A DNA stretch of 63,621 nt, filler included, from Lenisia limosa (Eukaryota; Protista; Breviatea): NCBI GenBank assembly GCA_001655205.1. It is 10 parts of 10 records of this genome, joined end to end, with 100 filler letters (N's around TTAATTAATTAA, not from the genome) between each part and the next. Parts side by side here need not be neighbours in the genome. Positions count along the whole stretch, not along the records: positions 11,458 to 20,104 come from LPNZ01004506.1; positions 20,205 to 33,513 come from LPNZ01006435.1; 8 more parts are not named here. One strand, written 5' to 3'. A program made the position numbers and the translations under genes. Numbering within the stretch: the first letter of the stretch is position 1; each line of letters begins with the position of its first letter. The notes below the pieces were generated by a model that did not search any database, was not told the origin of the DNA, and worked only from the letters and a program-made list of their open reading frames with translations. Positions 11,458-23,800 of this stretch are shown in pieces.

Positions 11458-14400
11458 CCATGGTAAATGACAGTCATAATATTGGTGTAATCTAGACGAG
11501 AATCAGAGCAATCAATCAACTTGGGAAAAGCTGGCAAAATACTTCTTCTCACTTTTCTCCGCAGTTCCTGGGAGGTTTACAAGGAGGTCAGCAGCTGACC
11601 GCACGGTTGGGGCGGACCGGGTCACTCCAGACTGATGAAGAGCCCCCATGATCACCACCATCACTACGCTAAACACCACGAAGAAGGTCTGGTTGGTGAC
11701 AACAGAACAAGTAATTTCCTCTTTCTTTTATATCTGTGTCAGCTTAGGAATTATATTATTATTTCCATCCCTAACAAAGCCTAGAATAATAAATCAACCT
11801 TCACCATTACATTGTTGTTGATCTTGGTATCACCCCTCACCATTACATTGTCGTTGGTCTTGGTATTTTTCACTGAGAATCTCACAAAGAGAAGAGTGAC
11901 TGGTAGACAAAGGGGAAGAAGGAACCTTGCCTCCTACAGTGCAGTCAATCAAGATAGAGAAGGGAACAGACAATCAACCAAGGCTATTTTATGGGAATAT
12001 GATTTGATATGACTCAATAATATAAGAATATATTAACATCTTTGAAATTGAGACAGTCGAGGCAACTTAAATCAACTAGATCGCCTGATAGAGCCAGAAC
12101 TTGTCCATTTTCTGATGAGCATGGCATCTGATGTGAAAAAACGTTATGTATCAAGATTAATCCTATTATTTTGATCTGATAAATCGAATACTGTCAATAT
12201 TAGTTCGGTCTTTTTCGGATCAATGTGACGTTACCCACCTGATGCGGCGCAATAGAGAGGAGTAAAAGCCCGCATCCGATTGTTAATGCAAGAACAGCTG
12301 AGGGGATGGGTCAGGAAAAAGGGATTGATAATAAGTTGCTCCAATATTTCAGGCAAAAATAACTATGTGTCATATTCTTCATTTGTTTGAATTATTTAGT
12401 TTTTTATTTGTCTCATCAGATAACCACTCACCATCAACAATACCAATAGGGGCCGATTTCTCCCGAATAGTTCGCGATCGTTGACACTCTGATACGTAAT
12501 ATACAAAAGTGGCGCTGAGGTGAATACACCCTTTGTTGACTAGTTTGTTTTAGATCCAATATTGCATTGAGAATAATAACACATGTCTTGTATTATTTTA
12601 TAATATGGTAGACGGCTCCAATTATTCACTAAAAGACCTGGTATTCACACTTCTCTAACCTTCATCATAAACAGCCGGCGTATCAACATAATCCGGCGAG
12701 AATTCTAAGCAGTAAGGTACAAACAATACACTTAAATGCACGAGAGACTGGTGGTATATATATTATATTGAATTGATCTTATTGCAAAATAGTATCGTAC
12801 AAAGAGAGATGGTGATTCGGTCGAGAAAACATGACATTTGATATCAAATGGCCATGAAATCAACATACTTGCAACTGTTTCCTTCAGAAGCTTGTAGAAC
12901 GAGTAAAGAAGAGAGGGCCAAAGAGGGCCAAACAGCATCGTCATTCTAGGAGGTGAAAATAAGAATCAATAAACTTTGGTGACTTTTTTACAGGGACACG
13001 AAATGTAGATTTTAAATGCGTGACTTGAATGAAATAAGGTCTACCATACTTAAGGGAAGAACATACGATAGGTAAGCAGCAGGAACACACACAAAAAAAA
13101 AGCCAAATCAACAAGTGAAACTACTTGATTTATTGGATATACTATTCATACATATCTTTTAGGTGATAGGTATTGTAGATCACTAGAAAAATGTACATGT
13201 TTTATTCTCAAATAACATCAATCCTGAGAACTCCATAAACATCGTGTGTGACCTGACCCCTCTCACCCCACGACCGCGTGGAGCCAACGAGGGTGTGTGC
13301 CGTGAAGCGCCAGGTTTTCAGGATTGGCGTTGTAGGCAAGGGAGTTGGCGGGTGTCAATGTGAGCGTACCTGGTGAGTTGATTGGGATATTTGTAAGGAT
13401 ATGGCGATACGGCTGGCTCATTATTAAGATATCACCTCTACAGAACAGAAGTACACAACAACCCACCTTCTAGGTGCATGTTAGACGCGATGAGGGGCTG
13501 AGGGAATCCGAAGTTAATAATGGCTGCGACAGCCGCGGTCATGGCCGATATGGATGATGAGGCAGCCACTAGGGCAGAACTGACAAGGATAAGCATAATG
13601 GGAACCAGTATGACTAATGAGCAGCGGCCAGGTATATCCTTATTTTTCATTGCTAGGCAGCGATATGTCTATGTTTTGTGACAGAGGCATGGAGGGTAAA
13701 ACGGGCTGCGTAGCTCTAATAGTTGTCAAATTGCAGATAACTAAGATAAAAAAAACACGTGTATAGAGGAAGCGTAAAAACAGTGGAAGCCAACTCACCT
13801 GATGTTTTGGACTGTTCCATCAAATACAAACTGAACACTTTCGAAATAGAGAGAATCGATCACCGTGAAAGCCTAAACAGTCAAATGCAGGACTTCGTAT
13901 GATACTCGAAACAATACAGATAATGACTAGGCGGTTTGGTATAAAAATGACAGCAGACAGCCCACAGGAACCAATGTCTGTCAAATTGAAACTACCCTCT
14001 CTAATACGTTTTGTTTTCGTGTAGTCTGGGAGGGGGGGGGGGCACAATGCNNNNNNNNNNNNNNNNNNNNNNNNNNNNNNNNNNNNNAAACAAAGCAGCC
14101 ACACAGTGCATTAAATACACCCGGAAAACCTGGGGAAGTTATCACGCAACGCCCAAATGAAAGAAAACGGGATGTTATCAACATTAATAAAATGTTGGGT
14201 TTCTAATTTAGAACACCAATTGCGTTTGGATCCTGATATGAAAGCCTTACCATATTTGCGATGGTGTTTTGAAAGCCAAAAGACACCAAGGGGGGCGAAG
14301 AAGAAGAGGAAAGTAAAACGCGTCCATAGGCCGGCAGCAACCAGTGCACCAATAATCCAGGGGTGTGTGATCGTCTTCTGCGACAATAAGACGGGGTCCC

Positions 14401-16345
14401 AATTCCACGACATTAAACCTGTTGTATGCAACTATATTCATTTTGTTTTGAAGAAAGTATAATGTCCCAGTGCTCAAAAATGAAAGGGTTAAATATGAGT
14501 AATAATAGGAGCAGAAAAAAGTTATCACAAGCATCACATCGCCATCAGCCGAATACCAACATTTCTCCTTCCAAGGATACAGAAGATGGCCACACAGAGT
14601 ATGATAGACTCGAGGGTGTTGGAGAATGGTCGGGTGTGCATAACAAGCCTGATAAGGGTAAACCAATCTAAAAATCAAACCAACGACAACCCCCTGAAGC
14701 ATAACTATGAGGGACTATGTTTAATCAATTGATAAATGTCAGACTTGAAGTAAGATACTCCATTTCAGACATTTTAATGTCATATAGTATTGCACGGTGC
14801 CTTGATAAATACGAAAGGACTTGTTTTCCACTCACATTGGCCAAGTCGATCCAAGAATGGTTGTTGACGTGATGGCAGGGATTCTCAGCTTGTACGATAG
14901 TCGCGCCATTGTCATGTCTGTAAAGGTTAACAACTGCTTCACTAGGGATTCCCATCGAAAAAGATTGAGGAACTGATACATATCGTATACAGTGACCGCA
15001 GAGCTCTGACGCTGTTTACTAAAGATAAATATCAATATTCGTGTCAGGACTTCTCTCGGTCAGTGTATGTATAAATTGAGTTAATCTAACGAAACGCCTC
15101 ATCAACACCCCAACACACCGACAAGGAGACTGAGAAGAAACATTGTGAAGCGAGGGGCCATTACCAAGACATTCGTTTGAAGAAATGCTAAATGAATGAA
15201 TGTTTAATGTAATATCTAGCTGGTTTGGTATCTCTTTATCACAAGGAAGGTGGTTGAATTAGTTTTAACTCGCTTACAAGGGAAGCAGTCGCCAAAAATT
15301 TTGAGGAAAAGAAACGAAAGACCAGAGGTGACAAACCTAAACAGTAACTGGGTGTTCTTGCACTTGGAAATGATGTTAAAAATATAGAAATCCATTCTCA
15401 ATAAAAAAGCAAGTAAAAATGAGGTTTATATTAAGGATATATATGTATCTCACAACAATTACTGATCTATCAGCCATGATAACATTTGTTGACATTCATT
15501 CGACATTATAATGAAGCTAGTTACAAAAGCACAATGGTAGGCCCAGAACATTATGCTGATGGTGGTGATGAATGTATTAACTAAAATAAGCCCGACAACG
15601 TTTACAGGGAGCAATTTTTGCATATCCTCTAATGTCTCAGATACCACTCTCCCTCCTACGGAGGCAAGATTGACCGGCACGGGTTGACACTCGAACTGAA
15701 CTCCCAGGGTATCAGCGTCTTCCATCCGAATATTGCTGACGCCATGACCTTGAGTGTCAATTGCAGGGTCAATATTTCATGCAGAAAAAAAAATTCCACA
15801 AAATAATGTTTGAATTGTTTAATACTCATCAAATGTATTCCTGTGAAAACAGAAAGGATTACAAAAAGTACGGGTAACAAACAAATGCCTTCGGAAAACA
15901 AAATCATCAAAGTAAGAGTTCAATAATTGAATCTGACTTATTTCGAGATTGCAAAAAGAAACTAAAAACAATATGTGACCAATCCAAGATGTCCCAATTA
16001 CCTCCGGGGATTGAAAATGCTCATCAGGATGGACATATCCTGGCAGAACCTTAACTGTGAATAAGGAATACATGCAGATGACCCTCTCGCAACTCTCAAC
16101 TTCAAAGGTGTATATTTAAGTATTTATCAATTCCAGCCTTGGCCTACCGTAAGATACAACCGAAGGAATATGATGCTACACCAAGCGATCCAGGGGAGAG
16201 AAGCACGAGGCTTCAGAAGGTGAAAAAAGCCTGGAACCCCATCATTAGTGTTTTCTTGAATAAGAAGGTCATTGAAAAGGGAAAATGGGGAGCGCAGAAG
16301 GCTTCCCATGCTTTATGAAATCACCTGAGTGTCTTCTGCAGACAT
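11458..16345 (-). CDS. PIGZ: GPI mannosyltransferase 4 (PIG-Z/Smp3, Alg9-like family), multi-exon, 3' end truncated by contig end
   Basis: Exons encode GYVHPDEHFQSPEVIG, WEFSSSVNPCRSILPP, GALVAAGLWTRFTFL, TPANSLAYNANPENLALHGTHPRWLH, LLSIAPHQ|EARFLLPL and MGALHQSGV, all matching PIGZ/Smp3 signature blocks in the expected order. Confidence 0.92.
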
Positions 16346-16627
16346 GAGCTTGTAAAAATCGTATTTTAAGAGGAGAATAATATCAAATAAATTGACAGAT
16401 TTAAAGGAAACTTGAAAAACAAGAGTTTTTGGGCATGAAAGGCAATAGTAATCAAAGTAATCATTTAAGATAGCACCAATTTTTTTCGGTGCCATTATCT
16501 AATAATCTGTAATTTCACCTGTAATAGTTTCTGTATACATTATTTCTAACGTTGATATTGTGGTATATGCACATTTAAGTTTTACAGTAACCTGGTTTCA
16601 CGCTTTACCTGCGTAGCTATTGCTAAA

Positions 16628-18718
16628 ATGGAAAAACGGAGCATAAATCCATTCTTTAAGCCTATGGCGACATCAAAAGAGGCCAAACTAGAGGCCAACT
16701 CAAATCCTTCAATTTCCAGCTCAAAAGGTAGGACCCTTCTAAGTGCTAACAGCCGTTCATTTCACTATTGCATCCAATTTAACTCTTTTTAGTGCAAGAA
16801 AACGCCTCAACAAAAGACCCCGCCAAAACCTCTCAAAAGTCATGCCCCACCAATGCCTGTAATGACGAAGGCAAAGAAGTGGTCAAAGAGAAAGTCGCAG
16901 TGGAGCCAAAGAAGGATAAAATAGCACCGAAGGATCCAAAAGCAGATTCCATCGTGAAGGTCAGAGCGGACCCTCCGAAGTTATCAAGCAAGGGGTCGGC
17001 CCCAGTGAGTCTGCTGGAGCAGATGCGAATGAAGAAGAAGGCCGCGAATGATGAAAAGCAGAGTATGATGGAACACATTGCATTAGCGATTGATTAACGT
17101 TAAATGGCCTTTGATACTTTTCCCGTGGTAGTATCATTATTTTTTCATCTATAGGACTCGATTTTGTTCAAGTAAAAGGTTGTATCCTTCCTTTTTGGTT
17201 TTATCTTTGTGGACCTTCCTTTCTATCCCGGCTATTGAGTTTATTACATCAGTTATTTCACACCGTGTTTATTCCCCTCAGGACTGTTAGCAGAAGCTGC
17301 AGAAGAGGACGAGAAATGCAGAAAAGCGAAAGAGCAGGAGAGTACGCGGGGTGTGGATGAAGATGCTATTGACATTTAATAAAGTATCATTGGGGGAAAG
17401 TATTATAACAAAATCTTGTGACCAGACGCTTTTTTCACCACTTTAGAAGAAGAAAAACGCCTTGCCCAGGAGGCAGAAAAAGTCCTCAAGGAGCAAGAAA
17501 AGCAGAAGAAACTTGAAGAGAAGAAGAAGAAGGCTGAAGAGAAGAAAATGCTCTTGGAGCAAAAGAAGCTTGAAAAGGCAAAAGAGAAGATTGAGAAAGA
17601 AAAAGAGACGGCGAAGGAGTTAAAGAAGATGGCAAGCAAGGAAAAGAAAGAGACTGTAAAAAGAGATGCAATGAAAGAGGCAAAGACTAAGACCGCCAGA
17701 AAGGACGATGTTATGACAATAAGAGACGAGGAGACGTTGATAAGAACACCAGATTTCCCGTTACCAGTTATCCAAGTTAGTGAGGAGTTTAAAAATTAAA
17801 ATAGATAGTGATATCTGATTTTAGCGTAGAGTACATAATAGATAAGAAGATATGTACATATCTATTAATTATGTTGTTTGGGATAACAGGGTAACTTTTC
17901 AGTGCGAGGCAATTTCAACTGGCTTTGAAGATGTCACTAATGAATATATCGAATCTGAAGAGGAGTTTGTAGAATCTGAAGAGGAGGAGAGCTCCGAGTC
18001 TGATGATGATGTGGTGATGCGAAAGAGGAAAAAGAAAAAGAGTGGCAGTACTCCTAAAAGGGTTAGTAGTTTAATACAAATGAGTTGTGAAATTCTCTCT
18101 TTTTTGGCCAGAAACCAACTTTTTATTTTACTTTTTCTTCAAATTATATAAATATTACATGTTTCATATTTGTTAGCTTCAATACTTTTTCTTTTGTCTT
18201 AGTATCATTGTTTTTGACAAGAATTTACTGGTTAGGCTACCTTCAGCATCTTCAAAAGGAAAGAAACCGAAGAAGAGAGACAAGGTTAGAATCAGAATTT
18301 CTGTATTTTAATGCTGCATAAGAGTGATTTAGTTTTCATGGATTGTATAGTACTACTATTTGCATATGATATTATCAAATGTCATATAACGTGACGGATT
18401 GTATTGCATTAGATTGTACCACAATGCTAAACTTAAGATTTTTGACATATAATTTAGCGAAGTTAGCTGAACAAAGAGAGGCTCAAATGGCCCAGAAAAT
18501 TGTCAACGATCTCAAGAATCTGGAAGCAACAGCAGCTATGAACAAAGATAAGGTAATCCAACGCATCTTTGTCTTTTTATATCTTCTGTGTGTTGTTTTT
18601 TTTTTGTTTTGAAGAATTGACTGGAGGGACTTTTCTAAAGGTGCAAATACAAGAGTTTTGTGTTAACATTGCAGGTCATGAACCCATTCTTCTCAAAAGA
18701 CTTCCAGCAGAGTCGTGA
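16628..18718 (+). CDS. Lys/Glu-rich coiled-coil protein with acidic tract and basic NLS-like runs, unassigned
   Basis: MEKRSINPFFKP start, spliced exons including ORFs 16792-17097, about 17440-17775 (EEKKKKAEEKK...) and 17852-18060 (ESEEEESSESDDD..RKRKKKK). Confidence 0.6.
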
Positions 18719-20035
18719 GATCTCTTCAATGTCAACGTTGGAGGGGATTGTGTACTTCATTCGATTAACACGGAGCAACATAATAGCGTTCTTGCTATCT
18801 GAAATATCTATCACGGAATAAGACCTTCAAACTTGCCAATACTGAAGTCGCAGTGAAGACGTGTCGAACCTGTACACAATACAAAGCCGACCATTGTCAG
18901 AGTTCCCGTGCCCCCTCTTCCCCACCATTGCCCACACCAGGACCGAACGCAGCAACGCCCCCTTAAGTTGGCCTGTTTATTGATAGCCCCTTAGGAGAGA
19001 AAAATTACAGCATGTAGTATCGTTTTTGGGTAATAATCTGAACTTATTTTTCTCCTCTCCAATAAAACGACCTCTTCTCAATTCTTCTCACACTGTAGCC
19101 CCCCTCAGCACCCCCGGGCGATTTGTACAGAACGCGCAAGGGACTCTGCATAAACTTGTTGAGAGCTTCAAAATGCCATCACATAGCGTGGGTTACAGGT
19201 TTAAACAACATGTAGCTTCTGGGCACTCGTAATTGCCAAAAAAGACCCATCATATGATATTGGAGCATCCTAACATGTACTTCTTTAAACCAATCCTATC
19301 GAGAATAATGCCAGGACCTCGCTCCCTGTTGATTACTGACCTTGACAGAGCCCAATGCCTGCTGCAACACAGCCTCGCCTCCCTTCTCAGTACGCCCCCT
19401 TTTAATGTCGCATCTTAGGATACATGGGTTATTATATGTATCATATTATACTGTGACACATTTAACACATTCGAAAGCTGTCTACACATCGTCATATTAC
19501 TTGGGGATACAAAACAATTTCTCATGATTACAAAGGAAAATTGGCCAATACCCCATCAAATCGCCAGTGAATATAACGGCACTCACATCCCAGACCGATA
19601 GCGATGTTCCAACCCCAGAAGTGTGCTGTTTCCAAGCTCTCCAACATTCCCGATGGTCCTGACTGTGTTTTGCCGAAATTGACCAAGAAGAAGCTCCGTA
19701 GTACCCCGTCAAAAGCAGCACCTGTACTCTTCCCCTATTATCAGTGGGTGGGATTCACATCTTTATGGTTTTGTTCAACCCCCCCCCCCTTNNNNNNNNN
19801 NNNNNNNNNNNNNNNNNNNNNNNNNNNNNNNNNNNNNNNNNNNNNNNNNNNNNNNNNNNNNNNNNNNNNNNNNNNNNNNNNTGCAAAGGATATGCAGTAT
19901 TTGCGTAATGGGTTAAATCTGATTCCCCACGTCTGCGGCCACCCAATCTTCACCAACCCCTCCAAGGGCTCCCTCCAAAGTGGGAGTTTGCTTTTTCCTG
20001 TATTGAGCTCCTCAATTTCTCGATCTACCCTTGAT
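18635..20035 (-). CDS. Unidentified multi-exon gene fragment (5' end beyond contig end)
   Basis: Open exon-like segments with GT/AG ends: EIEELNTGKSKLPLWREPLEGLVKIGW; GAAFDGVLRSFFLVNFGK...AHFWGWNIAIGLG; KNAIMLLRVNRMKYTIPSNVDIEEISRLCWKSF. No family recognised. Confidence 0.4.
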
Positions 20036-20043
20036 CATATATG

Positions 20044-20074
<31 letters not shown>

Positions 20075-20889
20075 TATATCATAGAGATATACATCAATAT
20101 TTATNNNNNNNNNNNNNNNNNNNNNNNNNNNNNNNNNNNNNNNNNNNNTTAATTAATTAANNNNNNNNNNNNNNNNNNNNNNNNNNNNNNNNNNNNNNNN
20201 NNNNGTTCTATAGGCTCCGGCTGTGGAAAATTGAGAATTGTGATTGGTTAATTGAGAAGGAAATGTGGCTGGGGTGATTGTGAAAGTAATTTGGATGATT
20301 TAACTGAGATGGAAAATATAATTGAACTAAGCAAGAAATTTAGATTGGTTAACAGCGAAGGGTATTGTTATTTACCAGTGATTTTTCAAATGCAACTAGG
20401 ATTAGAAAGATCGAGCAGTTACTGTTCAACAAATGGCAAATTTGGATGGTTAAATCAAAAGGGAAATTTAGATCTGCCCCCCCCCCCCCNNNNNNNNNNN
20501 NNNNNNNNNNNNNNNNNNNNNNNNNNNNNNNNNNNNNNNNNNNNNNNNNNNNNNNNNNNNNNNNNNNNNNNNNNNNNNNNNNNNNNNNNNNNNNNNNNNN
20601 NNNNNNNGGCTCTGGCTTCACCACTTTCTGTGATTATTAGTGAAACTCCGCAAGGAAAGCTTTAAACTCTTAATCATAACCAAAAAGAGTGCTGAATATA
20701 ATCTGGAACAAACTGATCGAATGTCCATTTACACTTCTGGTACACAAAACCCCCGATATATCTGATCTGTTAATAATAATCGAGACATTCAATCTTTATT
20801 CATAGAATGAGTCCTACTTTATGCATAGGTTTTACAAAAGCAACGCTATCAATAAGTCCCCTCATACGTCTTGATGTTTGGTGGAGCTT

Positions 20890-23800
20890 TTAACGGTTGA
20901 AAGGGCTTGATGTGTCTGATATGCGAGGATTTTCTGCTTGTGAAGATCGTAGACGTTCTGAATCGAGGACTGTTGGGTCCTGTTCTGAAGCTGGATTGAC
21001 ACGGGTCCGTACGAGGGGATCTGCTGCTGAGGGCCAGTTAAGGGTTGGCCAGGTTGATTCAGAACCGCTTGCTTCTAAATGATTACATTTAATATGTGCA
21101 GAAGGGGGAAATAAGAAGTATCTGGTCAAACAAATCTGTTAACATCATCATGCGTAAGAAATGATAGATAATACTAGGTCTTTTTTAATTCATTCAAGTG
21201 AATATTATTGAGCTCATATTTTCCTGACAAACCTGCTGCAAATGCTGGAAAGGAGGCATGCGAGAAGACGGCTGGAGTCCCCACTGCTGCTGAAGGCTCT
21301 TCTGCTCTGCCAGCTGCTGCTTGAACGCCGACTGGACTTGTGGAGGGGGTTGCTGTTGCTGTTGGTGGGATTGGAGTACGTTTGCCTGGGTAACTACAGG
21401 GCGATTTTGAAGGACGGTTGATTGGAGGGCTGGTTTTTGGCTCAACAGCTGGATTTGGGGGACAGCAGAGAGTGGTTGTTGTGATGGGGTTTGCTGTGTT
21501 GCGAGTTGCGATAGTATCTTCGGAGGAGGTTGCTGATATCTCTGATTTGGTACCAAGGATGACTGTAAAGGGTAAGGAAAACTGTAGGAATTGTGGTATT
21601 ATTGTTTCAAGGTATTATATTGAAAATGCATATGAAAAACAGTGACCGGGACAAGTCTTGCCCTATTGTCCTTGGGAAATCACGTAGCAAATCGGTTATG
21701 ACTTATCCCGATCATTGTATATGATATCTATAGAATGTGGTCGTATAAATACGTATTTTGCCAATCATCCGGCAAAACGTGCCTCCCCACACAATGTACA
21801 CATAAGAAGAAAAACAAAATACAGGAAAGTCGAACAACAAATGAAAGAATGCAAAAGCGCTCATAATTTTTAAATTCCCTATTTATTACATCTCTCAACG
21901 AGATAGCATCCTTAAATATTTGCCATGTGTAAAGATCCCTCCATTCCTTATTATATGCTATACATATCCCTCTATTCAAATAATAGAACACACCTGCTGG
22001 GTCATGTTTGGTGGAGTGATGGTGGGCAATATGCTGGGGACTGCTGGGACCTGGGAAGGTACTGTGTACATGGATTGTGTGCTGACTGCGTGGTAAGTGA
22101 GATGGAAAACAAAATAAAACCTCAGGGGTAAGGATATGTTAACATATCATCCCCTACACGCCTGGTACTATTCAAACCGCCCACCAGCCGGCTGCTGTTT
22201 CTGCTGTGAAGTCGTCCGAGGGGAGGCAACTTGGGGATTACGCTGGGCTGGATTCATTGCAGGGAGCTGAGGGACCTGTAAGGAGAGGTGGTGAATTTAC
22301 TATTAAAACGAGAGAAATTTGGATAAAGAATCAAGGAACAATGATGAACCAAATACTCTTTCAAAAGTAGGATTTAACAAATATGTATGCACATCGCTAT
22401 GCTCCTCATTTGACAACCAAATGAGTTTAAAACAACAAAACAAACATAGCCTAGGTCTGCAACGTTTTACCATCTTAAATTTATCAGGGAGGGGGAGATA
22501 AATTGATAAATGTATGAAACAAAAAAAAAAGGACAAAGTAAAATAGGATGGGGGAGGGGGGGGGGGGNNNNNNNNNNNNNNNNNNNNNNNNNNNNNNNNN
22601 NNNNNNNNNNNNNNNNNNNNNNNNNNNNNNNNNNNNNNNTACAAACGTGAGAATATCAAAAGAACATCAATAAACCGGCATTGTACGAAAAAATAACGTG
22701 ACTGTACGTAAGAATGTATTCGCCGCCACAACGGGTATCCGGTGATTGACAGTCTTATAGGGTAACTTTTCGTGTGTATATGATGTGAAATAAAAAAAAA
22801 GTGGTCTACATCATCTGATAAGAGATTTAGAATTGCAGTAGCAATAGAAGAATTCACACAATGGAAAAAACCTTATTATTAAATCAGCCTTCAGTAAAAG
22901 TATCTGGACAAAAAACTTAGACTTTTATGGGTGTTAAAAATAAACAAAAATGAATAAATCAAATCGCATGACAATATTAATATGAAAGGGATAATACGAA
23001 ATAGAAGGAGAGATCTCTCTTCTAGCTTGATTTACCAGAGGGAAACAGTCAGTTCCATTCTGACATTTAATTAAAGCGACATTAACTCACATTGGTACTC
23101 TGGAGAGGGGCATCAGCGCTCAGAACAGGCACTTGAGAAGGCTTTGAAGTGGACTGCGACGTGGTGTTGCTTTCCATCTTAAATCCGATAATAAACACAA
23201 GGTAAATTAAATTATATAACCATTCTGCTTTAGTATAGGCAAGAGAGGCTTTCCAAACAGGCTTTCCTATATTGTAGTTTCTGGTCTTTTGTATCCCCGG
23301 ATTTATTTGCTATTTATTCCAAATTCCCTTCCTCCTTCCCTCTCCCTTCTCCTCTGAAATGCATATCAAGAGGTCTAGAGAAGTTGTACACTAATGACCT
23401 CCTCATCTACAATTAAACCTTGTGGGATGATTGTTTTGTAAAACAGATCGTGCATAACAAGATCGTGCATAACAAGTGCAACGATGCCGTTCATTCCTCT
23501 TCGTTCGGGCGATGTTGTAAGGGTTACAGTTGCGGGAAATGTTCTGTTGGTGGAGCTTTTTGTCTTCCGTTCCCCTCGCTTTAAGCCCAAGGTCAAGCTG
23601 GAGTGGAAAGGTATAGTGGACTTTCCCCTTAAGTTATTTTTGGAATATATTTGTCAACATGAGTATGTGTATAAGTAGAACTATTGTGTTATTAGTTCAT
23701 CGTACAGGGTCGTCCCAATTCCTTTGCCTTTTAGCACTCAGGGAAGTGAGTCATGCGGTTAATGCTAGGTATGTGTCAAATCTTTACAGCAGTCCCCTTT

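Noticed and set aside
16628-18718. CAF-1 p150 (CHAF1A/Rlf2) identity for the KE-rich gene
   Set aside because: It has a KER-like tract and an acidic tract, but the diagnostic DY..DSDEEW motif is not present (EYIESEEEF), so support is insufficient.
23446-23478. Short tandem duplications (GATCGTGCATAACAA x2 at about 23447; GCCAGCTTCCCGGT x2 at about 30278)
   Set aside because: These are isolated local slippage events with no further structure.
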